39,045 bases of DNA from Bigelowiella natans CCMP2755 (taxonomy: Eukaryota > Protista > Cercozoa), in assembly GCA_000320545.1 (NCBI GenBank), contig ADNK01003320.1, forward strand, positions 1 through 39,045, given 5' to 3'. Position 1 is the stretch's first letter. Each line of letters begins with the position of its first letter. The notes below the pieces were generated by a model that saw only the letters and a program-made list of their open reading frames with translations, was not told the origin of the DNA and ran no database searches. Both the position numbers and the translations under genes were made by a program. Below are positions 34,444 through 39,045 of this stretch, piece by piece.

Positions 34444-34956
34444 GGGACAACGAATAGAAGCGAAGCCGTGAAATTGTGGAGATTTCTTGTTTGCGGTTGG
34501 GAAATCATTGCACACACGGAACGGCGTTGGAATAGATTTACACCCCCGCCCTGCCCTCTCCCTAACGTAACCCCAGAGATCGATGCAATACGTCGTAGCG
34601 ATGTACCCCTTGGTAGAAGCAAAGTGCGAAGGCGTTAGCGTACACAGAACTAATGAAAAGCGCCCTGGAAGAACAAAGAAAAAGAAGAAGAAGAAGAAGA
34701 AGAAGAAGAAGAAGAAGAAGGGGGAAATGAGAAAAGGAGGAGAAGGCTACGGAATAGAAGCTGGGAGGCATAAGCTGGTTGGTACATGCGCTCAAAGGAA
34801 GCTTCTAAATTGCCAATGGAGAATACTCTTAGCCAAAGATGCTCAGCTAGTCCCTATCGATGTCGTGGTGATTTCGTACTATTGCTTCTTGGTGAGGCGT
34901 GTACTTTCTAATAGTTTCCCAACGATGACAACGGCATGTGTATATATCTTATATAG

Positions 34957-34993
<37 letters not shown>

Positions 34994-35436
34994 GGTATGT
35001 ATATGTGTATATGTATATACATGGGCTACTACTACCAGAGCAATATTTCCGATTCGGGCACTAAAGCACACATCTAAGCCAGCGACCAGGGTGAAGGAAA
35101 TGGGGGGGGGGGGGGGCGGGGGTTGGGTAGGTCACAAAGAAACAATACTGATGATGATGATGATGATGATGAAGATGATGTTGATGACAGTGATTTATTG
35201 GATTCTGCCAAATGAACATTGTATACGCCGATGTTCTCTAGCATCTTCATCATCAGCAGTGCCACTACCAGCTTGCAGGTTCTCCATGATCTTCCAAGGA
35301 AGCCATAGCAGCAATCCCTACACGTTGTGATGTTCGGGTGCGGCGACGATGTGGACGATGCGTCATCTGCTCCTCAATCATAGTAGCAGCCAGTGGTAAC
35401 AAATATACAAACGTTTTTATTTAGATTTATACACAG

Positions 35437-35483
<47 letters not shown>

Positions 35484-35861
35484 TACATATACACTGCACC
35501 ACACTCACACTATTATAGGTACGATGACGTGTTTCTTGAGGATACTGACTATGTGGAATTCACCGACGATTTTCATCCTGCTTTGCTGTGTCGCAGGACG
35601 AAAATCCCCGGTGTTGAGAAAACAAATGCGCTGACGGTTCTTTTGACACATGAGTCAGATGCGAGTGCGAATTTGTGCAAGAATCGTCCATAATGGAGAA
35701 CATTAGTCGTTGGTTTTTTGACACATGACATCACTATGGAGTTGTTGTTGCTGCTCTTGAAGATGAAGATGGTGATGATGACGATGATGATGGTGATGGA
35801 GATGGCGACAAGAGCGTCATCATCATCATCATCGTCACCAAGGGAAAAGAAGAACAAATGA

Positions 35862-35900
<39 letters not shown>

Positions 35901-36263
35901 GGCGCGCATCTTCATCGGAATCGTTGCATGTTTCTCCACGACCTAATTTGCCAAATGACTGATAGCCAACAAAGCTCCTGTTGAACCGGAGCGACGGCGA
36001 GGGCATCGTCTGCGCCCTGACACGCCACTGAAACCGATGCTGCTGCTCCAGCTGGAACGCTGATTAGTTATGGTGGGAGGAACGAAGAGGGCGGAAGAAA
36101 GGAGCATAGAAGTGATCGACAACAAACAGCGACATTTCGCGATTACATTATATCGTCTTGTAGAAGGATATTGAAGTCCGAATACGACGGAGATGCAAAT
36201 GAAGTCCGAATACGACGGAGATGCAAATGGGGCAGAGAGGGAGAAAGAGAGAGAGAGCGAGCG

Positions 36264-36301
<38 letters not shown>

Positions 36302-36507
36302 ATTGATTGATTTTACAGTAATAATATGTAAGAATCGAAGCCTTTTCCCTCTGTGCGTGCATTAGCGACTTGACCACATGCGTGCATACATATTGTGTCA
36401 ATCGTATCTGGTTTTGCCACCTCCTCCACGCTCGGCGAGGAGTTCCAAGGAAGGAGACTCGCCAAAATCGGAAGAATACTCAGATTCGCTGCGCAACCCT
36501 AGGAGGA

Positions 36508-36548
<41 letters not shown>

Positions 36549-37630
36549 GGGGGGTGGTGGAGGAGTTAGAGACAGCAAACGCAGGCACACTAAACGCATA
36601 TCCTCCGCTCACGACACATCATCCTTGTTCTCAATCAACGCTAGCAGGATCTTCAATGCGGGATAGCATGGCTCGTTCCAAGTACCCATCCGATCTGTGT
36701 GGACGCTCGAGTCGCTTTCGCGGCCTATCGACTGCGGCTGCCCGCTAGACCGGCTCTCTTCCCCAGCATGCTGCTCATCTGCAGATGATGATTAAAAACA
36801 GGACACCGAACTCAAGTGAGATATCGCCTCGTTTCCGCTGGTGCGATTCGTGCTAGAAAAACTTCCTCGCGGGGGCGGAAATGTAATGTTAGGGAGCCGA
36901 CAGACGTCTCTCTTGCGACTGGATTTCCTCTCGGGGGGATATCATTGCATCATCGAGATGTACCATTCCTCTTGCTGGCGGTGAGCATCTTGCTGCTACC
37001 CTCTCCTCCCTTCGCCGGGCCCACCCCAACAACGGTTCTGCCAGCATTGTCCCCGGTAGTCTTGGGGTTGTTCTTCATCACGATTCGGATGGAAGAAACA
37101 GCGTTTTCCTTCTTCTCTTTCTTCTTCACCTTAGAGCCCTCCCCAGACACGATCAAAGGCTGCGGTCTCTGTCGCAGCCTTCCCTCGGCCTCCTCCCTGG
37201 CATTGTCTTGGGAATTTCCGTTGGACGCAGAGGCAGGGTTTGCGGCGTTTTTCGCGGAGTCGTCGCCCCCCTTCCGCGCTGCTGGGAAAGCAATAGGTAG
37301 AAGCCCTGAGGTAGGTGAGTGATGAGGGGGGGGGGGGGGCAAGGGGAAGAGAGCAGAAGGGGCGGCGTCTAAATGAGCGATGAATTTCCTAACTCTACAT
37401 CTTGTTTTTGCAAGTTTGACAAAGGCAAGCAGCAATCATCAAGTAACCCTCCTCAATACATCCATCATCGATCTTGGCAGCGTCTTTTCTTTATTATGAA
37501 TCCCATCCCCCCTCCCTCCTCCTCCTCTTCCTACCGTTCCTAAGCTTCTCGATTGACAACTTGCGCCTTCTCTTACGGTACCTGTGTGGGCCGTCGGTCA
37601 CGGGTTTGGGACGCAAATATATATGCATAG

Positions 37631-37678
<48 letters not shown>

Positions 37679-38128
37679 CAAGGAAAAGGGCGCGGCATTA
37701 CTCCTTATTAGATTCCAGTTTGACGAGCTTCAGACGCAACACATCCAACAATCGGACCTGTATCATCAAGCACACAGTGAAAGAGCCAATCAAACCCAAC
37801 CCCCCTCTTCCATGCTGTTATGCCGCCGATGACAGAGAGAGAAGGAAAATTAAACAAGGCAAATCATTACTATGGGTCTCTGTGCTATTGCTATGCTGCT
37901 AACTGCTATAGGAGGGTGCATAGCATCGTTTTCTACACGAGGCGGAGATTAACTATCACCCATTGCCTCCTCTGAATGCAGTATGGGATGTCTTGTTGGC
38001 ACATCGTGTGGAACATCACTCGTATCTGACCACAATTTCGAGTTTCCGTATCAGTCATATATGTATAGTATTAACACGTAGATGTGTGTGTGCGCGCGCG
38101 CGTGTGTGTGTGTGTGTGTGAATACATA

Positions 38129-38186
<58 letters not shown>

Positions 38187-39045
38187 ATACAGTTGAGTCA
38201 TTAAATCGCGGTGTTGGGAGTAGAGGGTCGTCACCTCCTCCAGAGGCCGATTGCGATGATGGTCAAGATGCTCCACGAACTCCGCGAAGACTTTGAACGA
38301 CACCCCGACCTGCAAATCACCGCAGCTTACACTCACCGTTTTTGCTCCTTTCACCCAATAAAGCCAAAGATAAGGGGGGAAATCCTACGACTACGCATAT
38401 CCCCAACGTTTGAGCACCAACGCCAACATCACTATTCTGCCAGGAATACCCGCTTGTCCTCTGCAACCATCTCTAAGTCGCGCGTTTTAAAGCTAGTTTC
38501 AATCCCCCCCCCCCCGCCTTTGTCCTCCTCCTTTCCGGTTTTGGTTGTCTCTAAGGCCCGGCCTTGTTGCTGCGATTTCGATGTCAGGTCGTTGTTCTTC
38601 TTCTTCGTCTTCTTCCTGCGTCGCATGGTAGATGAGGAGGGGGAGGAGGAGGAGAAGGAAGGGGGGGGCTCCTTATCACTGCCCTTGCCTACACAGCAAA
38701 CACACACAAACACACAAACAAATATACTAAATTTATACTATATAACTATGGTGCGAAGATTGGTGGTAGTAAGTGCAAGAGTAGTTCGTGCAGTCCTCGC
38801 CACCTGAACACTCGGCTTGAGTCGCTTGCCCCGTCTCTATCGTCGCCTCAGCTGCTTCCCCTCCTCCCCCCTCTGTCTCTCCCTCCTCCTCTTTGATGTC
38901 TTGATACTGGTAGCGGTCCTGTGGGTCTTTTTGAGGGCCTCCTCCCCCCCCTCCTACCACTGAAACTTGTTATTCTACCGCTCGCTCTCCCGTAAGCTGC
39001 TGCTGATGGATATGATGATGATGATGCGTGATGGGGCGGGCAAGG
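31127..39045 (-). CDS. Two-pore channel (TPC)-like cation channel, 3' half: cytosolic linker, domain II and tail; 5' half lies beyond the right edge
   Basis: Phase-consistent exons: S3 33586-33650, S4 33311-33397 (WLAIGRALRVVRILTTSKKLTRLV), S5 32863-32930 (TLQTVLWLLVLLFVIFYIFVVIG), 32595-32660 (IQTF..ESFDG), pore 32401-32488 (FWPAVLSLFQITTTNNWNDVM), S6 32227-32275 and 32032-32088 (MFFVSFYFIVCM|VVLNVVTALIIQGF). S1 and S2 lie near 34570-34665 and 34050-34092. The assignment of linker exons (35-39 kb) and the stop (31127) are tentative. Confidence 0.8.
32080..39045. repeat. Microsatellite-rich introns of the TPC gene
   Basis: Examples: (GCA)n 32945-32977, (CA)n 33001-33030, (GAG)n about 33112-33150, (AGT)n 33677-33711, (AAG)n 34681-34720, (TA)n 35446-35481, (CAT)n 35864-35900, (TA)n(GA)n 38132-38185. 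Confidence 0.95.
36173..36228. repeat. Perfect 28-bp tandem duplication
   Basis: gaagtccgaatacgacggagatgcaaat at 36173-36200 and 36201-36228. Confidence 0.9.

Noticed and set aside
5512-39045. Functional signalling cluster (kinase, RGS protein, 7TM receptor, channel)
   Set aside because: Adjacency alone in a eukaryotic genome is not evidence, and these families are large.

Overview
Eukaryotic nuclear DNA, intron-rich, probably from an alga with a secondary plastid. A chlorarachniophyte-like origin is inferred from the bipartite signal+transit leader of ALB3; the organism is not proven. I reconstructed six spliced genes by hand: ALB3/YidC (-, runs off the left edge), a CAMK-group kinase (-), an F-BAR+RGS+LRR protein (+), a GT31/fringe-like glycosyltransferase (-), a REJ-GAIN/GPS-7TM adhesion-receptor-like protein (-), and the 3' half of a two-pore channel (-, runs off the right edge). 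The strongest signal is not a gene. Four intergenic or repeat blocks (about 4.7-5.4, 15.7-16.4, 18.3-22.6 and 30.1-31.0 kb) are depleted, in places completely, of the TpA dinucleotide. Across 18291-22606 I count only 17 TA, 15 of them inside CTAG. Homologous repeat copies show TG in one copy, CA in another and TA in a third at the same site, which points to a region-targeted TA->TG/CA hypermutation, the mirror image of fungal RIP. CTAG is spared and forms dense clusters just downstream of every gene 3' end in the window. The erased zone appears to extend into the last coding exon of the receptor gene. Counts are by eye, and exon models outside conserved domains are tentative.
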